A stretch of DNA of 64,000 bases from the NCBI GenBank assembly GCA_964609695.1, contig CAZSSP010000004.1, forward strand, positions 47,090-111,089, read 5' to 3'. This document shows positions 37,832 to 47,017 of the stretch, piece after piece (positions within the stretch are counted from its first letter, which is position 1; each line of letters starts with the position of its first letter). Origin of the DNA: an uncultured Bacteriovoracaceae bacterium. GTDB lineage: Bacteria > Bdellovibrionota > UBA2428. The notes under the pieces were generated by a model. The model was not told where the DNA came from, ran no database searches, and worked only from the letters and a program-made list of their open reading frames with translations. A program made the translations under genes and the position numbers.

Positions 37832-40306
37832 TTATTTAAGAGTGTCCCAATCGGGAATTTTACTTCTAAAATATCGGACTCTTGTTAGAGCATTTTCAAT
37901 GTCGTTTAAAGAGTGAACGCCCAGTATTGATTCTTTAGCCTTTGTGGAAGGTTGAAGCCACTTTTCGTTTTGAGCTAAACTTAAAAACGCCTTAAAGCTT
38001 TGAGTGTTAACAGCTTCAAATCGTTTTGTAGAAAACTCTAATATTTTTTCTTGACCATATTTCATAAGGCGCAAATTCCACGTTTTGTCGTCAAGCTTTA
38101 ATGAGTGACTTTGCTTTAAATAACTGAGCCCCAGTTGAATGTTCTCAAGGGTGTCGTCTATCCAATGAGAGAAAAACCCATAATTTAGGTCTGCGGGTAG
38201 AGCTTCAATTTGTTGAAAGAATTTTTCTTTTTCTGGAAAGAAAAATTCAAACTCTAAAAGATTTCTAAGCTCTAAAAGCTCATCCTTGTTTTTTCCCGCA
38301 ATGCCTCTTAGAGCCGCGAGTACAAAAGCATGAATGACAGAGTTTTTATAATATAAAACTTGGATTCTTTCTTTCCCTGGAACTCGCAAACCAACGCCAC
38401 CATCTTGTAAGTGATATTTCTCGACAACTTTAGAGTCTATGAGTCTTGCAAGCGCTCTACGACAGGGTTTGAGAAAATTCTCTTTTAGTTCAGGCGTGAG
38501 AGGAGAATTGAGTTTGAGAATGTCAGCGTGAAGTTTTTCGAGCCAATTTTCGAGATCACCCTTAGAAAGTGCGTTCCCGGGTTTTGCTAAAAGAACTCCG
38601 CAAACTAATCCCATTGGAGTTAAGAGCGTGGCTTCGTTGATTCTGTGACAAACTTCAAACGAAAGTTTTTGAAGGCCAAAGCGAGTGCCTTTGTCGCTAA
38701 TCCAGTTTTCAACCGGGAGAGCATCTGCGAAGCGTAAATGGACTCGACCATAGTTTTTGAAGAAAAAAGAAATTGATCCCAAAAGATTTAAAAAACTTTC
38801 TTGAATTTTTTTTCCGCCTTCAAGTTCGCGTCGGTGGGCCTTTTCTTCAGTGACAACGTCGTATGTGATTGAGACAGGTAGGATTCGAAGATTTTGGGTG
38901 ATTTCTTTGTTTTGCGAAGCCTCATAAATCATTTTAAGAATTCCATATCGTGGAGGTGCGGCCTTTCCATTTCTTGAACGCATCCCTTCTATGAAAAACT
39001 CAAATACAATTTTATTGTTTAAAAGATGAACGATGTATCTGCGGAAAATTTCTGTATAAAGAGGATCTCCTTTAAATGAGCGTTGAATAAAAATCGCACC
39101 GCCTCTTTTGAGTAAACCCCCAATGGGCCAAAAATTTAAATTGATTCCTGCCGCAACATGAGGAGGCATGAAGTGCTCATTAAAAAGAACATAAGAAAGA
39201 AGTAGAAAATCAAAATAGCTTCTATGGTTAGGAATGAGAATTACAGTGCCTTCCTTTGAAGCTTCTCGAATCTTTTCTAATTCAGCCCTGTCGTATTCTA
39301 CTCCGTGGTAAATCGTTCTAAAGACTCTTGTTAAAATCCAAGAAGCCACCTCAACGACGAAATATCTATATTGGGCCGCCATTTGATTAAAAAGGAATAC
39401 ACTTCTTTTATTTAATGATTTTTCCGGAGTGCCGGTTTCATGAGAAAGTTTGTTTAAAAAACTTTTAAAAGAAGGGCTTCCAAGGACTTCTTCTTGAACA
39501 GAGTTTGTAGATTTGTAAATTGGTCCCAGTAAAACTCTTTTTTCATGTTGAATGGCTAAGTATACTTTTCGCCGAATGACGTGGGGCTCATATTCTTGAA
39601 TCGAAAATGATTCTGTGGCCCTTAAGACACTTTTGGAGTAGCCGCGCATAATGAGAAGGAGTTTTCGTAGTCCTTTAGGAGAATAGGGGTCGCCAAGCAA
39701 AAAATACCAAGGCAATGACAGTGGGGTGGCCAACAATTTTAAAAGCTTTTCGTTAAATCCTTTAGGCGCCTCATCGATGACTTTAGGCGCACGCTTCCAA
39801 ACAAAGGCAACCGGAACAATGATGGAGTTGGGGTGATATTTTTTTATGGCCGACAAGTAACGTTCGCTTGGCGCTTGTTCAAAAACTTTTTTGTTGTCTA
39901 AAACCTTCATATTGAGAAAAAGAGGCTTGCCTTCTTCTAGCGACTTTAAACAAACGGCTAAATGAGATTTCTCTTTTCTAAGAAGGCCTATGGAAGATAA
40001 GGTTCTTTTTAAACGAAAAGAAAAGAAGTCTTGTAAAAAACGCGAAATTCCAAGCGCGTGCGATAATTCGAAAGTTTCACCAAATTTATTAAAAATAAAA
40101 AGGCGGACGGCAAAGTATTCAATTAAGCCAGCGTTGAACAAACATAAAATGAGAGGCTTTTTGGGATGTTCAACTCGAAGGCGTTCAAGTTGTTCAATGA
40201 AAAGTTCTTGAGTTTCAAAGCTTCTAAATAAAATGTTGGCAAAAAACTGAGGAATGCGAGTGCTGCTTTTACTCAAAGTTTCAATTGTCGCAGTATTTTT
40301 AATCAT
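37832..40306 (-). CDS. plsB: Glycerol-3-phosphate 1-O-acyltransferase PlsB
   Basis: 824 aa, HX4D motif NHRSYFDFLL, FIEGMRSRNG block, PlsB-like length. Confidence 0.88.
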   Translation of the reverse strand: MIKNTATIETLSKSSTRIPQFFANILFRSFETQELFIEQLERLRVEHPKKPLILCLFNAGLIEYFAVRLFIFNKFGETFELSHALGISRFLQDFFSFRLKRTLSSIGLLRKEKSHLAVCLKSLEEGKPLFLNMKVLDNKKVFEQAPSERYLSAIKKYHPNSIIVPVAFVWKRAPKVIDEAPKGFNEKLLKLLATPLSLPWYFLLGDPYSPKGLRKLLLIMRGYSKSVLRATESFSIQEYEPHVIRRKVYLAIQHEKRVLLGPIYKSTNSVQEEVLGSPSFKSFLNKLSHETGTPEKSLNKRSVFLFNQMAAQYRYFVVEVASWILTRVFRTIYHGVEYDRAELEKIREASKEGTVILIPNHRSYFDFLLLSYVLFNEHFMPPHVAAGINLNFWPIGGLLKRGGAIFIQRSFKGDPLYTEIFRRYIVHLLNNKIVFEFFIEGMRSRNGKAAPPRYGILKMIYEASQNKEITQNLRILPVSITYDVVTEEKAHRRELEGGKKIQESFLNLLGSISFFFKNYGRVHLRFADALPVENWISDKGTRFGLQKLSFEVCHRINEATLLTPMGLVCGVLLAKPGNALSKGDLENWLEKLHADILKLNSPLTPELKENFLKPCRRALARLIDSKVVEKYHLQDGGVGLRVPGKERIQVLYYKNSVIHAFVLAALRGIAGKNKDELLELRNLLEFEFFFPEKEKFFQQIEALPADLNYGFFSHWIDDTLENIQLGLSYLKQSHSLKLDDKTWNLRLMKYGQEKILEFSTKRFEAVNTQSFKAFLSLAQNEKWLQPSTKAKESILGVHSLNDIENALTRVRYFRSKIPDWDTLK

Positions 40307-40335
40307 AATACAGTCTGGACCTCTCTGAGTTGCAC

Positions 40336-40384
40336 AACGTCAAAACGGTACCTTCATGCTGAGGACCCTTTGTGTTTTGACGTT
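40336..40384. promoter_or_regulatory. Perfect 11-bp inverted repeat AACGTCAAAAC-(27 nt)-GTTTTGACGTT in the plsB / OMP-liu divergent intergenic region
   Basis: Read directly: arms at 40336-40346 and 40374-40384. Confidence 0.5.
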
Positions 40385-40407
40385 ATTTGTTCTAACTTTT
40401 TAAGTCT

Positions 40408-40896
40408 ATGAATAAGTTTAAAAACTATCTTTTTTCAGGTCTTTATGGGGCTCTTTTTCTATTGGCAATACAGAGTTTTGGCCAAGAGCTTAAAATAGGT
40501 GGTCAGGTCGGTGGATATGGAACAGATAAAGCGTCATCCATCGGATACGGAGCTGTTTTTGGAGTGAATCCTTACGGATGGATAGCTTTTCAGGCCGATT
40601 TTGCAACTGGCCAAATTAAAAGCGAAACACACTACTATTTTAGTCCTGCGATTGTAATTTACCCCGTGGATTTCCAAGAATTTCGCCTTGGTATTATTGG
40701 AGGTGCGGGCTTTTATAAAGAAGCAGGTATTTCAACAAAATTTGGAACAAACGGGGGGATTAGTGGAGACTTTAATCTAACAGACAGCTTTGCTGTCGGT
40801 ATGCAAACCCGCTATCATGGGGTTCTAGACGCCCCTGATTTATGGACAGTTTTTATTACGGCCTCGTATAGATATGAACTCGGTGGAGCTTGGTGA
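40408..40896 (+). CDS. Small (8-strand-type) outer-membrane beta-barrel protein
   Basis: Signal peptide, Gly/aromatic strand pattern, C-terminal YRYELGGAW, 162 aa. Confidence 0.65.
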   Translation: MNKFKNYLFSGLYGALFLLAIQSFGQELKIGGQVGGYGTDKASSIGYGAVFGVNPYGWIAFQADFATGQIKSETHYYFSPAIVIYPVDFQEFRLGIIGGAGFYKEAGISTKFGTNGGISGDFNLTDSFAVGMQTRYHGVLDAPDLWTVFITASYRYELGGAW

Positions 40897-41108
40897 TGGC
40901 AGATATTGTTTCAAACATGACCGGAACTGTTTTTAAAGTGTTGGTTAACCTGGGAGATTCTGTCTCTGTAGACCAAGATGTGCTTGTTCTTGAAAGTATG
41001 AAAATGGAAATGATGGTCCCCTCTTTAATTTCAGGAAAAGTTAAAGAAATTAAAGTGAAGATTGATGATTTTGTTCAAGAGGGACAGGTTTTGATTGTTC
41101 TTGAGTAG
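40896..41108 (+). CDS. Stand-alone biotin carboxyl carrier (biotinyl/lipoyl-attachment) domain protein
   Basis: About 71 aa with biotinylation motif ESMKMEM. The ATG overlaps the upstream TGA (TGATG); the tracked start is 40890. Confidence 0.8.
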   Translation: MADIVSNMTGTVFKVLVNLGDSVSVDQDVLVLESMKMEMMVPSLISGKVKEIKVKIDDFVQEGQVLIVLE

Positions 41109-41114
41109 GGGATA

Positions 41115-42044
41115 ATGAAAAATTTTCGGGGGAAAATATTTGAAGTTGGACTTCGCGATGGTTTGCAAAGTGAATCCAGACATTTTTCCCTAGATGAAAA
41201 AGAAAAAATTCTAAAATCTCTGATTGAATCAGGTCTTGAAGATATAGAAGTTGGTTCGTTTGTTAGGGCCGATAAAATTCCTCAGTTAAAAGATTCTGCT
41301 GAAGTCCTTAAGCGAGCCAAAGAGATAAGAGAGCAAACTAAATCTAAAACCAAGTTTTGGGTTTTTGTACCCAACCTAAAAGGTTTTGAGCTGGCCAATG
41401 AAGCTGCTCCCGACGGTATGAGTTTTTTTTACTCTACAAGTGAAAGTTTTTGTAAAAAAAATGTTAATAGAGGTCAGATAGAGTTGCTATTGGAGTTAAA
41501 GGCTCTTTTAGCCATGGCAAAAAAGGCCAAAATTAAAAGTAGAGTTTATTTGTCGACTCTAGTTTATTGTCCCTACGAGGGGAAAATTTCAGAAAAAAAA
41601 GTTATTAAAGCTGTTAAAGATTTGTTTGAAATTGGTGCTCAAGAAGTGGCTTTGAGTGATACTACGGGTCACGCTACACCACTTCAAATTAGGCTTTTAT
41701 TAAAGGCCCTTCTAAAAACACATTCTGCCTCAAAAATTGCGCTTCATTTGCATGATACTAGAGGTTTGGCCTTGGCTAACGTGTGGGAAGCTATGCAATT
41801 TGGAATTTCAAGATTTGATTCTTCTGTCGCGGGTTTGGGTGGTTGTCCTTATGCGCCTGGGGCGGCAGGAAATCTTTCTACCGAAGACCTTTGGAATCTT
41901 TTAACAGAAACTACAAAAGAAAAAGCGCCACATATTAAGAATATTGTAGAGGCGGCCCTTTTTACTGAGAAATGTTTAGGACGCAAGTCGACCTCTAAAG
42001 TATTAAGGAGTCTCGAATCAAAATATGTCTCTAATATTACGTAA
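41115..42044 (+). CDS. Hydroxymethylglutaryl-CoA lyase
   Basis: EVGLRDGLQ, DTTGHATP, LHLHDTRG, GLGGCPYAPGAAGN. Confidence 0.9.
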   Translation: MKNFRGKIFEVGLRDGLQSESRHFSLDEKEKILKSLIESGLEDIEVGSFVRADKIPQLKDSAEVLKRAKEIREQTKSKTKFWVFVPNLKGFELANEAAPDGMSFFYSTSESFCKKNVNRGQIELLLELKALLAMAKKAKIKSRVYLSTLVYCPYEGKISEKKVIKAVKDLFEIGAQEVALSDTTGHATPLQIRLLLKALLKTHSASKIALHLHDTRGLALANVWEAMQFGISRFDSSVAGLGGCPYAPGAAGNLSTEDLWNLLTETTKEKAPHIKNIVEAALFTEKCLGRKSTSKVLRSLESKYVSNIT

Positions 42045-42804
42045 GGAAAACAACGGAATTGTTGAATTGACATTGAACAGGGTTGATCAACATAATGCCC
42101 TTTCAACAGAGCTAATATCAGAGCTTCAGGAAAAATTAGACATTGAAAGTAAATTTTCTGATGAGTTTAAAACACGAGTTTTAATAATTAGTTCTGCGTC
42201 GTCCAAAGCGTTTTGTGCAGGAGCAGACTTGAAAGAGCGATTAAAGATGAGTCCCGAGGAAGTGATTCAAACTCTCGATAAACTCAATAAGTTAATGAAT
42301 ACAATAGATGAAATCTCGTGCCCAAGCATGGCCTTGATAGAGGGTGTTGCTTTTGGTGGAGGTTTAGAGCTAGCTTTGGCTTGTGATTTTCGTTTGTCTT
42401 ATCCCAATGCGGAACTAGGATTAACCGAAACTCGTTTAGCAATAATTCCTGGCGCTGGAGGCACCCAAAGACTGACTCAATTAGTGGGTCCTTCAAAAGC
42501 TAAGCAGATGATTTTTCGCGCTAAGAGAATGAGCGCTCAAGAGGCCTTTTCCATAGGGCTTCTTGATTATGTGGGGGATAATCCCAAAAGCGAAATTCAA
42601 AAATGGGCTGAAGAAATTGTTCAAAATGGGCCTATCGCAGTAGTTCAAGCAAAAAAAGTTATTAAAAAGGGAAGAAATCTTAATCTTGATGAAGGGTTAA
42701 AAGTTGAAAGAGAAGGATATAAAGTTGTTTTAAAAAGCGATGATCGTGTAGAAGCGCTCAAGGCTTTTAATGAAAAACGAAAAGCTAAATTTTTAGGAAA
42801 ATAA
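42025..42804 (+). CDS. Enoyl-CoA hydratase family protein (methylglutaconyl-CoA hydratase-like)
   Basis: Crotonase signature FCAGADLKE and GGGLELALACDFR, with context between the HMG-CoA lyase and carboxyltransferase genes. Confidence 0.85.
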   Translation: MSLILRKENNGIVELTLNRVDQHNALSTELISELQEKLDIESKFSDEFKTRVLIISSASSKAFCAGADLKERLKMSPEEVIQTLDKLNKLMNTIDEISCPSMALIEGVAFGGGLELALACDFRLSYPNAELGLTETRLAIIPGAGGTQRLTQLVGPSKAKQMIFRAKRMSAQEAFSIGLLDYVGDNPKSEIQKWAEEIVQNGPIAVVQAKKVIKKGRNLNLDEGLKVEREGYKVVLKSDDRVEALKAFNEKRKAKFLGK

Positions 42805-42809
42805 ATCGT

Positions 42810-44354
42810 ATGACTATTAAAAATCATGAAAATCTCGCTCAATGGAAAACTCTAGAGGAAAAACTTTTAAAGGGCGGTTCTGAAAAATATCACGAACAAA
42901 ATGCCAAAGTTGGAAAACAATTTGCTAGAGAAAGAATAAAAAAACTTATCGACCCCAATTCCTTCATTGAAGAAGGACTTTATGCAAATTGCCAAGAAGA
43001 GGGTCTACCTTCAGATGGAGTGATTACTGGCTTTGCTAAAGTTAATGGAAGAAGTGTAGGAATTCTTGCAAACGACTCAACGGTTAAGGCGGGCTCTTGG
43101 GGCAAGCATACTGTTGAAAAAATGATTCGTTTACAGGAGCAAGCTGCTAAACTTGCGATACCCATTTATTATTTAATTGATTCTGCGGGAGCAAGAATTA
43201 CAGACCAAGTTGAAATGTTTCCTGGAAGGCGGGGTGCCGGAAAAATCTTCAATCTACAGTGTCGACTTTCAGGCTATGTTCCTCAAATTTGTTTGTTGTT
43301 TGGTCCCTCTGCCGCAGGTGGTGCGTATATTCCTGCGTTTTGTGATGTTGTAATAATGGTGAAAAATAATGCCTCTATGTATTTGGGAAGCCCTCGAATG
43401 GCTGAGTCTGTCATTGGCGAAAAGGTGACTCTTGAGCAAATGGGCGGAGCTCAAATGCATTGTTCTGTAAGTGGAGTGGGAGACGTCTTAGCTGAAAACG
43501 AAGATGAAGCCATAAAACTAGGAAAAGATTATTTAAATTATTTTCCACAAAACTTTCAAGAAGCACAAAAACTTCAAGCTCCATTGAACCCTCTCAATCC
43601 TCTAGAACTTGAAAAAATACTTCCAGAAAATCCTGCGGCACCTTATGACATGAAGAAAGTTATAGAAGGGCTCGTTGATTCGGGAAGTTTTTTTGAAATG
43701 AAAAAGCTTTTTGCACAAGAGCTCATCACTGGGTTCGCGCGCATAAAGGGAAGGGTTATTGGTATTGTTGCAAATCAACCTAGAATTAAGGGCGGGGTTA
43801 TTTTTGTGGATTCTGCAGATAAGGCCGCTCGTTTTGTTTTTCTTTGTGATGCCTTTAACATTCCGTTGTTGTTTTTATCCGACGTTCCCGGTTTTATGAT
43901 TGGATCTCAGGTTGAGAAAATGGGCATCATAAGACATGGCGCTAAAATGGTTTTTTCTATTAGCGAGGCGACTGTTCCAAAAATTTGCGTAGTTGTAAGA
44001 AAAGCTTTTGGGGCGGGTTTGTATGCGATGTGTGGTCCGGGCTTTGATCCTGATTGCACCCTGGCTCTTCCCACTGGGCAGATAGCTGTGATGGGGCCTG
44101 ATCCAGCTGTCAACGCAGTTTATTATAATAAGATTCAAGAATTTACTGATATTGAAATGAGAAAAAAATTTGTTGAAGAAAAAAAGGCTGAATACGAAAA
44201 AGATGTAGACTTGAAAAAATTAGCCTCTGAATTAGTCATTGATCAAGTCGTACAACCTGAGAAGTTGCGAGATGAATTGGCGGCTCGTTTTGATATTTAT
44301 TCTGCAAAAGATTTAAAATATTTTCCTCGAAAACACGGGGTTGTTCCAGTTTGA
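42810..44354 (+). CDS. Acyl-CoA carboxylase carboxyltransferase (beta) subunit, methylcrotonyl-CoA carboxylase-like
   Basis: 514 aa with two carboxyltransferase halves (ARERIKKLIDPNSFIE, GFAKVNGRSVGILANDSTVKAGSWG, GPSAAGGAY, GFARIKGRVIGIVANQP). Confidence 0.88.
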   Translation: MTIKNHENLAQWKTLEEKLLKGGSEKYHEQNAKVGKQFARERIKKLIDPNSFIEEGLYANCQEEGLPSDGVITGFAKVNGRSVGILANDSTVKAGSWGKHTVEKMIRLQEQAAKLAIPIYYLIDSAGARITDQVEMFPGRRGAGKIFNLQCRLSGYVPQICLLFGPSAAGGAYIPAFCDVVIMVKNNASMYLGSPRMAESVIGEKVTLEQMGGAQMHCSVSGVGDVLAENEDEAIKLGKDYLNYFPQNFQEAQKLQAPLNPLNPLELEKILPENPAAPYDMKKVIEGLVDSGSFFEMKKLFAQELITGFARIKGRVIGIVANQPRIKGGVIFVDSADKAARFVFLCDAFNIPLLFLSDVPGFMIGSQVEKMGIIRHGAKMVFSISEATVPKICVVVRKAFGAGLYAMCGPGFDPDCTLALPTGQIAVMGPDPAVNAVYYNKIQEFTDIEMRKKFVEEKKAEYEKDVDLKKLASELVIDQVVQPEKLRDELAARFDIYSAKDLKYFPRKHGVVPV

Positions 44355-45712
44355 AGAAGCTCACTGGGCTCCTTTTAGTTTCATGGCTAAGTCTCGGTCT
44401 AATAAAAAATACTTATTGTGAAGTAGAGGTTGAAGCACTTTCAGATTTAGAGGGTAATAAAAATCGCTTAGATGATTTTTTGTCACAAAGTGAAAACCTC
44501 ACTCTCGACGAAAAGGGCAGGCTAAAAGTTAAAGAGGGCGCTCATTTTGTATATGTTGGCGATGTCATGGACCGGGGCCCTAATAGTAGAAAAATACTTG
44601 AAATGTTGGTGGATTTAAAAGAAAGACAACCTCATCAAGTGACTTTAATTGCGGGAAATAGAGACATTAATAAAATTCGCTTAACATTGGAGTTAAACGA
44701 CGAGGCTCTTTTTAGAAAAAGATCTGAGCGCTCGAAATTTCCTTATTTTATAGGAAACTCAGGTGCTGCAACGTATAACTCTCAAGCAGATACAAAAATT
44801 AATAGGCTTAAATGGATGTTGTCAGAAACTCTAGGAGCTAAACATGCTTTTGAGCTCCGTCGAAAGGAACTTTCTTCTGCCAATGCTGCTTTAGTTAACG
44901 ATGAAGAAGTTTATAAAAGCATGCTCTCAGATGTTGAAGCTGGCGGGCCAATGGAAAAATATCTTGAGCGCGCCGAACTTTCCAAAATTATTGATGGGAA
45001 TATGTTTATACACGGAGCCTTTAATGATGAAGCCTACTACGCTTTAGAAAAAGAATTTGCGCAGGGAAGTCTTAGAAAAAATCTTGAAGAACTAAATAAA
45101 AAATATAAAGCGGCTGTAGATGATTATAAGAAGGGCAAATCTACAGCTCTCACAGATTGGCTTATTGCTTATCAAGAGCCCAACAAGATAACTCCTGGTA
45201 GAAATAATGTGAGCTTAGTTTATAGCTATTATTTTGTTGGTGATGAACAGCCAGAAATGCCCACGCTTGAGACACAAGATAAAATTAAATCTGAGGGAAT
45301 TCATAGAATTTTAGGTGGGCACTCTCCCCAGGGGAGTGAAGGCACTTTAATGAAATCTAATATCTTAGAAATCGTTGTCATGGATAATTCTTATGCTTCG
45401 CATGACAGGGCGAATTTAGTAAGAGTTCAGGCTCAAAACATGAATATGAAGGGTTACGAAGAAGGTTTGGGTGAGATTACAACTCAAACAAAGGTTGGAG
45501 AAAGATCGTTTTTAGGAAAGCTAACTCAAGATGGATTTATAGTTGTTGGAAAAACAAGTGATGGTCATTATTTTGCTAAAAAGAGACTTCCTAAACATAA
45601 AATAGATACAACACTATTTACTAAAGAAGAATTAGATAAAATGACTCTTCAGATTCCTCAAAAGTCGAGATTGGCTCCTGAGTTTTTAGTTCAATGCGAG
45701 GCCATGCTCTGA
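44351..45712 (+). CDS. Secreted PPP-like metallophosphoesterase with variant active-site motifs
   Basis: Signal peptide. Motifs are SDLEGN (in place of GDxHG), GDVMDRG, GNRD (in place of GNHE), IHGAF and GGHSPQG. The TTG start overlaps the upstream stop. Confidence 0.6.
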   Translation: MKKLTGLLLVSWLSLGLIKNTYCEVEVEALSDLEGNKNRLDDFLSQSENLTLDEKGRLKVKEGAHFVYVGDVMDRGPNSRKILEMLVDLKERQPHQVTLIAGNRDINKIRLTLELNDEALFRKRSERSKFPYFIGNSGAATYNSQADTKINRLKWMLSETLGAKHAFELRRKELSSANAALVNDEEVYKSMLSDVEAGGPMEKYLERAELSKIIDGNMFIHGAFNDEAYYALEKEFAQGSLRKNLEELNKKYKAAVDDYKKGKSTALTDWLIAYQEPNKITPGRNNVSLVYSYYFVGDEQPEMPTLETQDKIKSEGIHRILGGHSPQGSEGTLMKSNILEIVVMDNSYASHDRANLVRVQAQNMNMKGYEEGLGEITTQTKVGERSFLGKLTQDGFIVVGKTSDGHYFAKKRLPKHKIDTTLFTKEELDKMTLQIPQKSRLAPEFLVQCEAML

Positions 45713-45820
45713 GCTCTTCATCATACAAACTAAAGATTATTGAGCAACTCACCGCAGAATTAGGAATTTTATCTTTGGATTTTTTGAAAAGGCCCCCTAT
45801 TCTAATCATGGGGAGATTTC

Positions 45821-47017
45821 ATGAGATTCTTTGGAGTGCTTTTACTGGCTTTGCCCTTATCAATGGCTTGGAGTGGTGTTCCTATAGATATTAATCAGCA
45901 AGACTATGAAAAGTTTGTTGCACAAATAGATAAAACACTTCAAGAAAGTCCCCACCCTTGGGAAGATTATAAAATTGTTGGGAAAGAGTTGATACTTCCT
46001 AGTGGTGCAAAGTTTGGGATTGAAGACATAAAGATATTAAGTCATATGACTTACGACGAACTTCTTAATGAGTTTTCTAAAAGAGGATTAGCCGTAAAAG
46101 TTTATTGTGATGCAAGAAAGAACTTTAAAAAAGAAATTACAAGCACTCCCTGCAATAAGAAAGAAGAATTTAATTCGGAGTTTTTGAAAGAAAACATCAA
46201 TGCACAATATGTTTCTCAGTTTTCAACTTTAAATAAAGCCAATAAGCCTGAACTGCTTATTAGAGCTGATGCTCCTAAGTACAGCGTCATTCACGAATAT
46301 ATTCATCATTTGCAGGAAACAGTTCCTCCAGCTTTTATAAAAGACTATAGGCTAAAAAGTCTTCGCGTAGCCCTGGGTGATTCTCTCTTTGAGAAAGGCG
46401 AAAAGAAGAGAAACAATCTTGATAAATTAGTTTTTCAAGAGTTGCGATTAGTTCAGTGGCTTCTTGATGAGGCTGAGAACTATGCGGCTATGCTAAAGTT
46501 CTACGAAATTTTTAATTTACATTTTAGTGATGCCCATGAGGTGTTCTGGAAATTTAACACTTATGTTTCCCAGTGTGGAAGTAAAAAATGTAAAGCAGAG
46601 CTCGCTCGTGCTCAGGAGTTTTTTGCTAAAGCTCAGGAAAATGAAGTTAAAAAAAGATCCCCAGAAAAGCTAGATCTAAGTATTCCTCCAGACATCATTG
46701 AAAAACATCTTCTTGCTCAAGCGAGTGCTTCAAAATATGAAGATTGGTTTAAGTCTTTAAAAAAAGATATTTATGAAAAGAATAATCTTTATGAAGTACA
46801 GCAAGAAAACTTAAAACTTTATGAGTTATTAAATAAACCTGAATATCCTTATAAAGATAAAAAAGAGGGATTTGAAAAACTTTTAGTTTGGATGGCTAAA
46901 AATGCAGTGATTCAATTTAGAATACTTGATGTGTCTTTGTCGGCTAAAAAAGGCGAATTAAAATTCAAAAATGAAATGGAAAAGGATAGGGATTATTTCA
47001 AAAGCTTTTTGAAATAG
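45821..47017 (+). CDS. Hypothetical secreted protein with an HExxH motif (possible zincin)
   Basis: GGAG SD, signal peptide MRFFGVLLLALPLSMAWS, motif VIHEYIHHLQE. No family recognised. Confidence 0.55.
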   Translation: MRFFGVLLLALPLSMAWSGVPIDINQQDYEKFVAQIDKTLQESPHPWEDYKIVGKELILPSGAKFGIEDIKILSHMTYDELLNEFSKRGLAVKVYCDARKNFKKEITSTPCNKKEEFNSEFLKENINAQYVSQFSTLNKANKPELLIRADAPKYSVIHEYIHHLQETVPPAFIKDYRLKSLRVALGDSLFEKGEKKRNNLDKLVFQELRLVQWLLDEAENYAAMLKFYEIFNLHFSDAHEVFWKFNTYVSQCGSKKCKAELARAQEFFAKAQENEVKKRSPEKLDLSIPPDIIEKHLLAQASASKYEDWFKSLKKDIYEKNNLYEVQQENLKLYELLNKPEYPYKDKKEGFEKLLVWMAKNAVIQFRILDVSLSAKKGELKFKNEMEKDRDYFKSFLK

